A stretch of 64,000 nt of DNA, taken from assembly GCA_965277285.1 (NCBI GenBank), contig OZ255721.1:1376001-1440000 (forward strand). The letters run 5' to 3'. This document shows, one piece after another, positions 19,914-29,155 of this stretch. Position 1 is the stretch's first letter; every line of letters starts with the position of its first letter. Origin of the DNA: Abditibacteriaceae bacterium. GTDB lineage: Bacteria; Armatimonadota; Abditibacteriia; Abditibacteriales; Abditibacteriaceae. The notes under the pieces are model-generated. The model saw nothing but the letters and a program-made list of their open reading frames with translations, was not told where the DNA came from and made no database searches. Both the position numbers and the translations under genes were made by a program.

Positions 19914-20005
19914 TCAACGAACCCCGAGCGTCAGCGATGGGCTCAAAGCGTAAGTTACATCAAACTCTTACGTTGAGCCCGTCGCTGACGCTCGGGGTTC
20001 GTTGA
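19914..20005. repeat. intergenic inverted repeat (AACCCCGAGCGTCAGCGA family); relative at 54194-54281
   Basis: TCAACGAACCCCGAGCGTCAGCGATGGGCTCAA ... TTGAGCCCGTCGCTGACGCTCGGGGTTCGTTGA. Confidence 0.8.
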
Positions 20006-20039
20006 CTCCTCAGGTTCGCTGATTAGCGCCATCGACATT

Positions 20040-21119
20040 ATGAGTACTCGATTTCATCCTTTATTGAAGCGCTTGTTTTGGGGCGTCGTGACGTTGTGGG
20101 GCGTCAGCGTCATCACGTTTTTGCTGTTGTTCGTGTTGCCGCGTTTCGGGCGCAATCGCAACGTCAAAAGCGAGGATTTCGCCAAATTGCAGAAGACTTC
20201 GGTCAAAACGCAGCAGGCGTCGCAGGATGATCCCGCCACCACGTTGATGGCTCTCACCATCGCGGGCGCGCACGCCGATCCGCAAACTATCGCCAACATC
20301 AAAAAAGAACGTGGCCTGGACAAGCCGCTTTTCTTGAACTTTGCCGAAACGTCTCAAACGCACAGCGCCAGCAGCGGATTATTTGACGCGCAGTATCCGC
20401 GCTTCATTTGCGATGCGCTGACAAACAACTTGAAAAGTTATCGCAATGGCGAGCGCGTCATGTCGGCGATTGGGCGGCGCTTTCCCGCGACATTGCTGCT
20501 GGCGGTCGCTTCACTGCTGGTTTACCTTATCGTGGCGATACCTCTCAGCATGAGAACGGCGCAAAGTGCGGGCGGATGGTTTGATCGCAGCAGCTTGTTT
20601 TTGGGACTTTTCGCGCTCTCCATTCCAACTTTTTGGCTGGGGCGCTTGCTGCAACAATATCTGGGTTATCAGTGGAGCTGGTTCAGCGTCGGCGGCGGCG
20701 CCAGTCTGGGGAATTTGCCGCTGCCCGCGCTGACTTTGGGCGTCGGCGGCGCGGCCTATTACGCGCGACTTTTGCACGCCAATCTGCGCGGCGTCCTACG
20801 CCAGGATTATGTTCGCGCAGCGCGAGCGCGCGGCCTCAACGAGAATCGAGTACTCGTCAAGCACGCCTTGAAGAACGCTTTAATTCCTTTGATTACGGTT
20901 TTGGGAATGGAGTTCGCGTCGCTGTTATCGGGCTTGATTTTCACGGAAAAGATTTTCGCCTGGCCTGGCATTGGCAGCCTCGTTGTCGATTCCGTGACCA
21001 ATTACGATGTGCCGATGATTATGGGAACGGTAGTTTTCACCAGCTTCGTCGTTGTCGCCATGAGCATCATCGTCGATTTCGCTTACCACTTCATCGATCC
21101 GCGCGTTCGGGTCGATTGA
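20040..21119 (+). CDS. peptide ABC transporter permease (DppB/OppB-like)
   Basis: GLDKP, RFPATLLL, SIPTFWLG, DYVRAARARG, HALKNA, WPGIG, DPRVR. Confidence 0.92.
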   Translation: MSTRFHPLLKRLFWGVVTLWGVSVITFLLLFVLPRFGRNRNVKSEDFAKLQKTSVKTQQASQDDPATTLMALTIAGAHADPQTIANIKKERGLDKPLFLNFAETSQTHSASSGLFDAQYPRFICDALTNNLKSYRNGERVMSAIGRRFPATLLLAVASLLVYLIVAIPLSMRTAQSAGGWFDRSSLFLGLFALSIPTFWLGRLLQQYLGYQWSWFSVGGGASLGNLPLPALTLGVGGAAYYARLLHANLRGVLRQDYVRAARARGLNENRVLVKHALKNALIPLITVLGMEFASLLSGLIFTEKIFAWPGIGSLVVDSVTNYDVPMIMGTVVFTSFVVVAMSIIVDFAYHFIDPRVRVD

Positions 21120-21129
21120 ATTGAGAAAG

Positions 21130-21414
21130 GAGAACACGGAACTTCGTTACACGGATTGAACGGATGAACACGGATCTAAAATCAGTTTGCAAAGTAGAAA
21201 ATAACGGTGAGAATTAAGAGTTTGTCATTCTGAGCGCAGCGAAGAATCTAACATTAGGCCAGATTCTTCGCTGCGCTCAGAATGACAAACTGCTACTTTT
21301 CCACACAGCGCGAACTTTTCAAACAGTTTTTAAGAGATTGGGAACGAGTACTCGATCTTCTGATTCAAATCCGTGTCCATGCGTCCAATCCGTGTAACGA
21401 AGTTCCGTGTTCTC
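21130..21414. repeat. nested inverted repeats: outer ACACGGA family, inner GTCATTCTGAGC element (21219-21291)
   Basis: GAGAACACGGAACTTCGTTACACGGATTG ... CAATCCGTGTAACGAAGTTCCGTGTTCTC. Confidence 0.85.
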
Positions 21415-21464
21415 ATTCTTCAATCGAGTACTCGATGCGCGCTTTCTCGTAAACTCTCCTCGCC

Positions 21465-22037
21465 ATGATTTTGATGATAGACAATTTCGATTCGTTTACT
21501 TACAACCTCGTTCAATATCTGGGCGCAATGGGCGAAGAACTCGTCGTGCGCCGCAACGATGACATCACGCTCGAGCAAATCGCCCAAATGCAGCCCGACC
21601 AGATCATCGTATCGCCTGGCCCGTGTTCGCCCAACGAAGCCGGCATCAGCGTCGCCGCGATTAGCCGCTTTGCGGGCGGAATTCCGATTTTAGGCGTTTG
21701 CCTGGGACATCAAGCGATTGGTCAAGCCTTTGGCGGCCACATCATCCGCGCCGAACGATTGATGCACGGCAAAACGTCGCCAGTTTTCCACGACAACAAA
21801 GGCGTTTTCAGCGAAATGCCCGAGCCTTTCGATGCCACGCGCTACCATTCGCTCTTAATCGAACGCGAAACTTTGCCCGATTGCCTGGAAGTTTCCGCCG
21901 AAACCAAAGAAGGCGAAATTATGGGCGTGCGCCACAAAGATTTGGACGTTGAAGGCGTGCAATTTCATCCCGAAAGCATCCTCACGCAAGACGGCAAGCG
22001 CCTGCTGCGCAACTTCGTCGAACAACACCAAAAATGA
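21465..22037 (+). CDS. trpG: anthranilate/aminodeoxychorismate synthase glutamine amidotransferase subunit
   Basis: [33 protein letters not shown]; adjacent to trpD. Confidence 0.93.
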   Translation: MILMIDNFDSFTYNLVQYLGAMGEELVVRRNDDITLEQIAQMQPDQIIVSPGPCSPNEAGISVAAISRFAGGIPILGVCLGHQAIGQAFGGHIIRAERLMHGKTSPVFHDNKGVFSEMPEPFDATRYHSLLIERETLPDCLEVSAETKEGEIMGVRHKDLDVEGVQFHPESILTQDGKRLLRNFVEQHQK

Positions 22038-22134
22038 ACCACAGAGACACAAAGGACACAGAGAAAGAAGAGTAAATCGGGTAATCCATATCTTTCTGTG
22101 TTCATCTCTGTGTCCTTTGTGTCTCTGTGGTTCA
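22035..22134. repeat. CACAGAG-family inverted repeat
   Basis: TGAACCACAGAGACACAAAGGACACAGAG ... CTCTGTGTCCTTTGTGTCTCTGTGGTTCA. Confidence 0.8.
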
Positions 22135-22141
22135 AACTTCC

Positions 22142-23173
22142 ATGAAACTTTTTGAAGCGTTAGGAGCCGTCACGTCCGGCGAAACCTTGAGCGAAGACCA
22201 GGCGCGCGCCACCATGAGCGACATCATGGGCGGCGAATGTTCGCCACTTCAAATCGCGGCACTTTTGGGCGCTTTGCGGATGCGTGGCGAAACCGTCGAA
22301 GAAATCACCGGTTTTGCCAGAGCTTTACGCGACAACATGATTCCTGTGCGCGCATCGAGTACTCGATTGGTCGATACCTGCGGAACCGGCGGCGATTCGC
22401 GCCATGGCATCAGCACTTTCAACGTTTCGACAGCGGCAGCGTTTATCGCGGCGGGCGCGGGCGCGCATATCGCCAAGCACGGCAATCGCGCGCAAAGTTC
22501 CAAGTGCGGCAGCGCCGATGTTTTGGAAAGTCTGGGCATCAATCTTCAATTGAACGCCGAACAAATTGCGCGCGGCATCGACGAAATCGGTCTGGGTTTC
22601 ATGTTCGCGCCCGATCATCATCCCGCGATGCGCCACGTCGCGCCGATTCGCCGCGATTTGAAGATTCGCACCGTTTTTAATTTGCTGGGGCCATTGGCCA
22701 ATCCCGCGAACGCGCACGCGCAAGTGATGGGCGTTAGTGATAAACGCTGGATTCGTCCCATCGCTGAAGTTCTGCTGGCGCTGGGAACGACTCACGCTCT
22801 GGTCGCGCACTCCGAAGATGGGCTGGACGAATTTTCGACCTGCGCGCCGACTCATTACATCGAAGTGAAAAATGGCGAACTGACCGAGCACGTTCTCGAT
22901 CCGCACGATCTGGGTTGCGCGTGCGTTGTGCCGCAACTTTTGGAAGGCGGCGACGCAGCTCGCAACGCGGAAATCATTTCTCAATTGCTGGTCGATGCAA
23001 ACGGCGCCACAGCGGACATCGCGTGCTTGAACGCCGCGGCGGTTTTAATTGTCGCCGACATTTCTCCCACTATCAAAGACGGCTTGAAGTTGGCGCGCGC
23101 GAGCGTAAATAGCGGCGCGGCGCGCGAAAAGCTGGGACAAATGATCGAGTACTCGAACTTGTTCCGCCGCTAA
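22142..23173 (+). CDS. trpD: anthranilate phosphoribosyltransferase
   Basis: DTCGTGGD, FNVST, KHGNR..SS.CGSAD, RTVFNLLGPL.NP, DGLDE. Confidence 0.95.
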   Translation: MKLFEALGAVTSGETLSEDQARATMSDIMGGECSPLQIAALLGALRMRGETVEEITGFARALRDNMIPVRASSTRLVDTCGTGGDSRHGISTFNVSTAAAFIAAGAGAHIAKHGNRAQSSKCGSADVLESLGINLQLNAEQIARGIDEIGLGFMFAPDHHPAMRHVAPIRRDLKIRTVFNLLGPLANPANAHAQVMGVSDKRWIRPIAEVLLALGTTHALVAHSEDGLDEFSTCAPTHYIEVKNGELTEHVLDPHDLGCACVVPQLLEGGDAARNAEIISQLLVDANGATADIACLNAAAVLIVADISPTIKDGLKLARASVNSGAAREKLGQMIEYSNLFRR

Positions 23174-23282
23174 CAACAGTAAAAGAATTCCTTAAGGTGT
23201 CGGCCAAAAATGAAACTTGATTCGTAAGGATTTGGTAAATCAAGCCCTTGGTTGCGGCTTTTTATTAGACACTTCTTAGATA

Positions 23283-23627
23283 ACCCAAGTTGCCACCATG
23301 CCTGCGAGTGAACTTGCGGCTCGGGTGCCCTTTGGGCAGGTGCTTACGCCGCAGCGGCGGTCTGCGCCGACGCCAGGATGCTTTTAATCTCTTTGGGTTC
23401 AATTCCCTGCAGCTTGCTGCGAACCGAGAAAAACAAAGTATTCCAAGCGCGAAGCGCAAGCGGGAGTTACACCATCTTGGCACTTGACACAAAAAGTTAT
23501 GCTCACTATTGAAATACCCCGTTGCTCGCGGCGGAGATTCTTTATTTTGCTGCAGCGGCGCAGGCCGCCGCTCCCGCTGCAGGCGGTTGAGCCGCAAGTT
23601 CACTCGCAGGCATAGTGGCAATTGGGT
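23283..23627. mobile_element. about 345-bp element with about 40-bp terminal inverted repeats (MITE-like or rod-shaped RNA)
   Basis: 23283-23322 vs 23589-23627 differ by one mismatch and one indel; inner arms GCGGCGGTCTGCGCCG/CGGCGCAGGCCGCCGC also pair. Confidence 0.55.
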
Positions 23628-23786
23628 CAGATACTTTGAAAGTTCGCTCAAATCGGTGCTTCCAAACTTCAAAGTTCTTGTCGCAGCTTGACATTTCCTG
23701 ATGAACATGAAGGTCTGCACTGCAGTCTACGCGGCCAACATCGAACGAGAGAGTTCGAGACACCAATTGTTTTGGAGATGAGGACA

Positions 23787-24095
23787 ATGAAGCACAGCAC
23801 ACGCAAAGTCGCAACCACGATGGCCGTTCTGGGTGCCGCTGGAGCCGCCGTTCTCGGCAGCACGTTCGTGACGCCGCAAAGCGCGCAAGCCAATGTGCAA
23901 AACGCTCAATTTGTGCGTTATGACGGCGAACGCCATCCTGAACTCAATCGCGCTATCTCTGAATTGCGCGACGCACAAAACGCTTGCCGCAACGCCGACC
24001 GCGACTTCGGTGGACATCGCGCCAAAGCCGCTAACCTGATCGACCGCGCTATCGACCAATTGCAGCAGGCCAAGCAATTCGACAACAGGCATTGA
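23787..24095 (+). CDS. small secreted helical protein
   Basis: RBS GAGG, signal peptide ending AQA, HP..DFGGHRAKA..LIDRAI. Confidence 0.75.
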   Translation: MKHSTRKVATTMAVLGAAGAAVLGSTFVTPQSAQANVQNAQFVRYDGERHPELNRAISELRDAQNACRNADRDFGGHRAKAANLIDRAIDQLQQAKQFDNRH

Positions 24096-24110
24096 TCGTT
24101 TAGCCAAATA

Positions 24111-24149
24111 AACAAAAGCACTCCAGGGACATTTGGAGTGCTTTTGTTT
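24111..24149. terminator. bidirectional Rho-independent terminator
   Basis: AACAAAAGCACTCCA..TGGAGTGCTTTTGTT between convergent genes. Confidence 0.75.
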
Positions 24150-24221
24150 GTGTTGGACGCAACGTTTCAATAACTTCGTTTCAAAGTCGCATTGTCTTTC
24201 CGGTTTCAGCACATCGAGTAC

Positions 24222-26474
24222 TCAATTGGTGTTCAAACCCAGCGCCTTAAAAACCGGATGAGTGGTATATCCCAGTGTCAAAGCCTTTTGCGCTTGTACC
24301 ATTGCCTGATCGCGCTTGTTGTGGCGCATCAGCGCCCACGCGTATTCGGCATTGGCGGCGCCATCGTTTTGGTTCATTTGCGTGGCCTGAACGAAATACT
24401 TTTCGCCCGTTTTTTCATCGTTTTTCAAAAACCAGTAGCAGTTCGCCAAGCCTGTAACAGGCTGCACACGTTGCGGATCGGCTTTCATCGCTTGCAAGTA
24501 AGCGGTTGAGGCCTGATTGAAGTCGCGCTTGGTGTCTTTGTAGAAATCGCCCAGATTGGTCGCAGCCGCCGCGTTTTGCGGGTCGGTGGCAGCGGCCAGG
24601 CGGTAATATTTTTCGGCGTTGACTTCATCATGCAACGAAGTCGCATAGAGGTTCGCCAAATTGGTAATCGGAATGACGCTGTCGGGTTGCAGTTTCATCC
24701 ACGTCAGGTATTCTGCGGCAGCTTCCGGGAAACGGCTTTTCTTTTTCAGCATGGCACAAAGTTCTCGGTGAAAAGCGACCTGGTGCGGCTGGCGTTTGGA
24801 AGCAGCTTGCAACGCGGCGACGCAATCGGCGGCCATCGAGGAGACCTGGCCTTGCGACCCATCGGCCTCGTGAAAAGCCCAGTAAATGTCGTCCATCATC
24901 TGCGAATATAAAATGGGGTGGCGCGAAATCTCCTGCGCGACTTGATGCAATTTCATTGTGTCGGGCTGCCATTTGGGTTGATAAAGTTGCAAACCCCACC
25001 AGTAAACATCGTAATCTTCGGGCGCCAGTTTCACGGCTTTCCAGTACGCCATATCGGCGATGTCCGCTTCACCATTGAACGCGGCACCTTCGCACGCTTG
25101 AAACCAGGAAACGCCACTGCGCGGATCGAGAACAGTGCCCTCCAATCCGGCCATCTTTTGATTGGGATAAAAATTCGCAATTCTCGACTGCTCCTGCGTC
25201 GTCATTTGGCCGTAATACTTTCCGTTGCGCACCGCCTGCGCTTCGTGAGCATAACTTTGGGCCAAATCATACCAAGCCACAGGATTGGCGGGCGAAGCCG
25301 CAGTTTCCTTCAACGCGATTTTGGTGCAGGCGGCGGTATTTCCGGCATTGTTCAAAATGCTCCAATCGCTGGCGAGCAGAATGTAATTATTGGGAAACTG
25401 GGCGCGCAGCGACGCCAGCGAAGGCGCGTATGGCGCAAAAATCCCGGGCGCGCGGCGTGCCAGAGTCGCCATAACCAGAGTGTTGGAGGGCGCTTGAGCT
25501 GCCAGGCTACCAGCCACGTTGCGCCAGAGTGTGGTTTCGTCGCCATCGCGCGCTCCGTTATACATCCACAAAAGCCCCGCCAAAGGTGTCTTTTGCGACA
25601 GGGCGCGCAGGCGAACTTCCTGCTCGGGCAACAATTTATCGCTGGCCTTCCACGGAACGCTGCCCAAAAACATCAAATCGTCAGCGGAAACGCCCGGCGC
25701 TGATAATCGAGTACTCGATTCTGCAGCGAAGCCCAAGCGCGCATTGAACATCTGCGCCATTTGCGGCAACTGCGCTAAGATTTGCTCGCGCGTGCCTTTG
25801 ACAACAAGCGGCGCGCCGACCGCTTTGTTGCTGCGCGCATCCCACAGTTGATAGCTCAAGACGCAATGGGCGCTGGTGCCCGTCAGCGTTCCGATTGCGA
25901 TATGAGTAGCGCCTGTGCCCTGCGCGACAAGAGGCACTTCGGCCTGTGTCCAGCGACAATCGCTCTTGCCGAGTTCGTCGCGCGTGTCGGCCACGCTCCC
26001 CCAGAGCGGCGTTTTTCCCAGAGCGCCCTGCCCACCCACACTCAATTGCAGCCAACGCGCGCAGCCTGCGCCAAAATCGTCTATCGCGGAAGATTTAGCA
26101 CTCGAAAGCTGCGGTTCAGCGATCACGATGCCGGGGCCGCTGTTCAGTGTTTTGCTGCCACCGGACAAGATTTGTTGCGCCCACTGTGTCGCTTCGGCCT
26201 GCGCAGATTTCACTTGCGCGATTTGATCCTGGCTGGGCGTTGGAAGCGGCATTCGTTGCAATCTGGCGGCATAAGTGCGATAGCTCAAGCTTCTCGGATT
26301 GGCACTTCCCGCACCAAATGGTTGCGCACCGCCGCCGGACGACGACTGACTCAAGCTGCGCAAAGCTCCGCGCACGATGGGAAAAACGCCCACTGCGCAA
26401 CCGCTCGCCACGAACGGAACCGTCAGCAGGCAAGTGGACAGCGCAAAACGTCGAAAAGGAAACTTTGGCATCAT
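24222..26474 (-). CDS. TPR-repeat lipoprotein
   Basis: 750-aa ORF, lipobox-like ASGC, C-terminal TPRs (AEKYYRLA, NLGDFY, YAWAL). Confidence 0.8.
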   Translation of the reverse strand: MMPKFPFRRFALSTCLLTVPFVASGCAVGVFPIVRGALRSLSQSSSGGGAQPFGAGSANPRSLSYRTYAARLQRMPLPTPSQDQIAQVKSAQAEATQWAQQILSGGSKTLNSGPGIVIAEPQLSSAKSSAIDDFGAGCARWLQLSVGGQGALGKTPLWGSVADTRDELGKSDCRWTQAEVPLVAQGTGATHIAIGTLTGTSAHCVLSYQLWDARSNKAVGAPLVVKGTREQILAQLPQMAQMFNARLGFAAESSTRLSAPGVSADDLMFLGSVPWKASDKLLPEQEVRLRALSQKTPLAGLLWMYNGARDGDETTLWRNVAGSLAAQAPSNTLVMATLARRAPGIFAPYAPSLASLRAQFPNNYILLASDWSILNNAGNTAACTKIALKETAASPANPVAWYDLAQSYAHEAQAVRNGKYYGQMTTQEQSRIANFYPNQKMAGLEGTVLDPRSGVSWFQACEGAAFNGEADIADMAYWKAVKLAPEDYDVYWWGLQLYQPKWQPDTMKLHQVAQEISRHPILYSQMMDDIYWAFHEADGSQGQVSSMAADCVAALQAASKRQPHQVAFHRELCAMLKKKSRFPEAAAEYLTWMKLQPDSVIPITNLANLYATSLHDEVNAEKYYRLAAATDPQNAAAATNLGDFYKDTKRDFNQASTAYLQAMKADPQRVQPVTGLANCYWFLKNDEKTGEKYFVQATQMNQNDGAANAEYAWALMRHNKRDQAMVQAQKALTLGYTTHPVFKALGLNTN

Positions 26475-26577
26475 CTTTTACTCTCTTGCAATTGATTCGT
26501 GAAACGTTTTGGCCTCTGCACGCGCCAAGCGGCGCCGTTAAACTGAAGGCTTCAAAACAAAGGTTATTTTTCCTTCC

Positions 26578-27351
26578 ATGATTCTTGATGATATTGTAAC
26601 CGCCACACAAAAACGCGTCGCACTTCTTAAAGACGAGTACTCGTTACTGCAACTGGAAAAGCAAATGACGGACGACAAAGTGCGCCCTTTCAAAGCCGCG
26701 TTACAACATTCCAATCGCTTGGGTTTAATCGCGGAAATCAAGAAAGCCTCGCCTTCCAAAGGCTTGATCGCGCCCGACTTCGATGTCGAAAAAATGGCGA
26801 ACCTTTACCGCGATGGCGGCGCCGATTGCCTGAGCGTGCTGACCGAACCGGACTTTTTTCAAGGTCACAACGATTATCTAATGCAGGCGCGAACAATTTC
26901 CGGCCTGCCGGTTTTGCGCAAGGATTTCATCATCAGCGACTTGCAAATCGCCGAAGCGCGAATTTTGGGCGCCGATTGCATTCTGCTCATCGCGGCGATT
27001 TTGCGCGATTGGGAAATCCGCGCTTTCAAACACGTCGCAGGTCGTTACGGCATGGACGCTCTGGTCGAAATCCACGACGAAGCCGAAGCACAACGCGCGC
27101 TGGCCAACGGCTGCGATTTCGTCGGCATCAACAACCGCGATTTGCGAACTTTTGAAGTCGATCTGGGCACCACCGAACGCTTGCGACCGTTGCTGCCGTC
27201 CAACGTCACGGTGGTGGCGGAAAGCGGAATCAGTACGCGAAACGATGCGCAACGCTTGCGAAGTTGCGGCGCTGATGCGCTTTTAGTCGGCGAAAGCCTG
27301 ATGAAAAGCGGCGATGTAAACTCCGCGATACGGGAATTATTGGAGGTGTGA
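26578..27351 (+). CDS. trpC: indole-3-glycerol phosphate synthase
   Basis: IAEIKKASPSKG, SVLTE, LRKDF, GINNRDL, ESGI, LVGESLM. Confidence 0.96.
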   Translation: MILDDIVTATQKRVALLKDEYSLLQLEKQMTDDKVRPFKAALQHSNRLGLIAEIKKASPSKGLIAPDFDVEKMANLYRDGGADCLSVLTEPDFFQGHNDYLMQARTISGLPVLRKDFIISDLQIAEARILGADCILLIAAILRDWEIRAFKHVAGRYGMDALVEIHDEAEAQRALANGCDFVGINNRDLRTFEVDLGTTERLRPLLPSNVTVVAESGISTRNDAQRLRSCGADALLVGESLMKSGDVNSAIRELLEV

Positions 27352-27354
27352 AGG

Positions 27355-27588
27355 ATGACAAGTTTTACGATTGAATTGGACGACGAATTGGCGCAGCAGT
27401 TGGAAGCGCGCGCCGCGCAAACGCACCTTACGCCGCATGAAATGGCAATTGTCGGCCTGCGCAATTTCCTGAAGAACGCCGAACCGGAATCGAGTACTCG
27501 AATTGAAACCTTGAGCGACGAAGAGTTTCAGAAAGTTGCCCAATACACGCTCGAAAAGAATGCGGAGCTTTATCGGCGGTTGGCCTGA
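27355..27588 (+). CDS. putative antitoxin (RHH/CopG-like) of Doc toxin
   Basis: 77 aa, TIELDDEL..LE.RA, C-terminal KNAELYRRLA; stop overlaps toxin start. Confidence 0.75.
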   Translation: MTSFTIELDDELAQQLEARAAQTHLTPHEMAIVGLRNFLKNAEPESSTRIETLSDEEFQKVAQYTLEKNAELYRRLA

Positions 27589-27977
27589 TGCGCTCTCTTT
27601 CACTCGACGAAGTTCTCGAACTTCACGAAAAAGTTCTGCAACGTTCCGGCGGTTCATCCGGCGTACGCGACGAAGGTGCTCTCGAATCGGCTTTGGCGCA
27701 ACCGCAGATGAGTTTTGGCGGACAGGAACTTTATCCGACATTGGCCGAAAAAGCCGCCGCACTCAGCTTTTCGCTGATTAACAACCATCCGTTTGTGGAT
27801 GGCAACAAACGCATTGGCCATGCCGCAGCCGAAGTTTTCTCATCCTCAACGGCTACGAAATTCGCGCCGATGTCGATGAAGCGGAACGCATTGTTCTCGC
27901 CGTCGCATCTGGTCAAAACCTCGCGCGATGAATGGACGAACTGGTTGCGCGACCATTTAGTGCCATATTCCACTTGA
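27588..27977 (+). CDS. Fic/Doc (death-on-curing) family toxin with two compensating frameshifts
   Basis: GVRDEGALESAL, HPFVDGNKRIG Fic motif; family-typical LILNGYEI lies in the -1 frame at 27839-27916. Confidence 0.8.
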   Translation: MRSLSLDEVLELHEKVLQRSGGSSGVRDEGALESALAQPQMSFGGQELYPTLAEKAAALSFSLINNHPFVDGNKRIGHAAAEVFSSSTATKFAPMSMKRNALFSPSHLVKTSRDEWTNWLRDHLVPYST

Positions 27978-27994
27978 CAGCGCGGACAAAGTGC

Positions 27995-28032
27995 AAAGCC
28001 CGACTATCGAGTACTCGATAGTCGGGCTTTTT
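27995..28032. terminator. perfect 36-bp palindrome, probable bidirectional terminator, centred on TCGAGTACTCGA
   Basis: AAAGCCCGACTATCGAGT|ACTCGATAGTCGGGCTTT plus T-run, between convergent genes. Confidence 0.7.
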
Positions 28033-28120
28033 GTTATATGGACTTTGGCGCCGTATCCAAGAAACCACTTTTTTCATCATTGAAGATGCAAACGTTGCAG
28101 GCACGCAGTTTTTTGATAGC

Positions 28121-28861
28121 TTAATTGGCGGCGCTGCGCGCGTGATCGAGTACTCGATTCCAATACGCGGCGAGCGCGTTTTGCGGTTCGAGTTGCAGCG
28201 CTTTCGCCAAAGATTGGCGCGCCGCTTCAGGCTGATTGGTTTGCGCATAACAGGCGCCCAGCACAGCGTGCGTCATCGCTTCATCGGGCGCCAATTGCAA
28301 AGCGTGCTGCGTGGCGGCATTGACTTCGCGCCGATGTTGCGCGGTTGGCGATTGCGCGACCAGGCACAACGCCAGCAACAACAAGGCGCGCCAGTCTTCG
28401 GGATCGCGTAGCAGCGTCGAGCGCGCGGCTGCGGTCGCTTCTTCAAAGCGGCCTTCTTCATACAACGCGCCGCCCCAGAAACCGGTAAAAGCGCTTTGTT
28501 CGGGATTATCCACAGCGACGCGGCGCAACAATTCGGTGCCTTCTTCCAGGCGTCCCAGAGCGCGCAGAACCGCGCCGCGCACCTGTAAAATCGGCGTCAA
28601 ATCCGGCCACATCGCCAGCGCCAAAATGGAAACCGCATCCGCTTCGGCAACTTGACCTTCTTCCAAAAGCGCAATCGCCAGGCGGCAATGCGCATCGGGA
28701 TTGTGCGGCTCCAGAGCAACTGCCGCGCGAAAACTCTGTACCGCGCGGTCATAGCGACGCGCCAGCATGAAACGATGACCGATCTCGATTTGCTGCGCGG
28801 CGGCCTCGCCACTGCGCCACCACGAAGACGCGTCCGAAGACGAGGAAGACGTATCGCTCAT
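28121..28861 (-). CDS. TPR-repeat protein
   Basis: AVALEPHNPDAHCRLA, ALQLAPDE, ALQLEPQN. Confidence 0.8.
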   Translation of the reverse strand: MSDTSSSSSDASSWWRSGEAAAQQIEIGHRFMLARRYDRAVQSFRAAVALEPHNPDAHCRLAIALLEEGQVAEADAVSILALAMWPDLTPILQVRGAVLRALGRLEEGTELLRRVAVDNPEQSAFTGFWGGALYEEGRFEEATAAARSTLLRDPEDWRALLLLALCLVAQSPTAQHRREVNAATQHALQLAPDEAMTHAVLGACYAQTNQPEAARQSLAKALQLEPQNALAAYWNRVLDHARSAAN

Positions 28862-29155
28862 CAGTCACCGCCTTTGTGTAAACCATCAACGCGTAAACAA
28901 TCAACAACGACGGTTTCAACGCAAGTTGCAGCGAAACAACATCGCAAAAAGGCATGGTGCAAGTTGATGACAGAAGCCGCACGCCAAGTGTCGCGGGCTG
29001 GATTGATTTTCATAAAGAATTCTCGAATGTCCAAACTTCCCTTCTCATTGTGCCATAAATAAATGATTTCTATGCCAAGAAGCAACGGAATCACTATCAC
29101 TTTTTCGATGACGATTCATCGTTCAAGCGCGCCCAAATCTGGTTAAATAAGAAGC

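Noticed and set aside
28861..29100. 79-aa ORF upstream of the TPR gene
   Set aside because: No recognisable motif and lies in the divergent promoter region of trpB.
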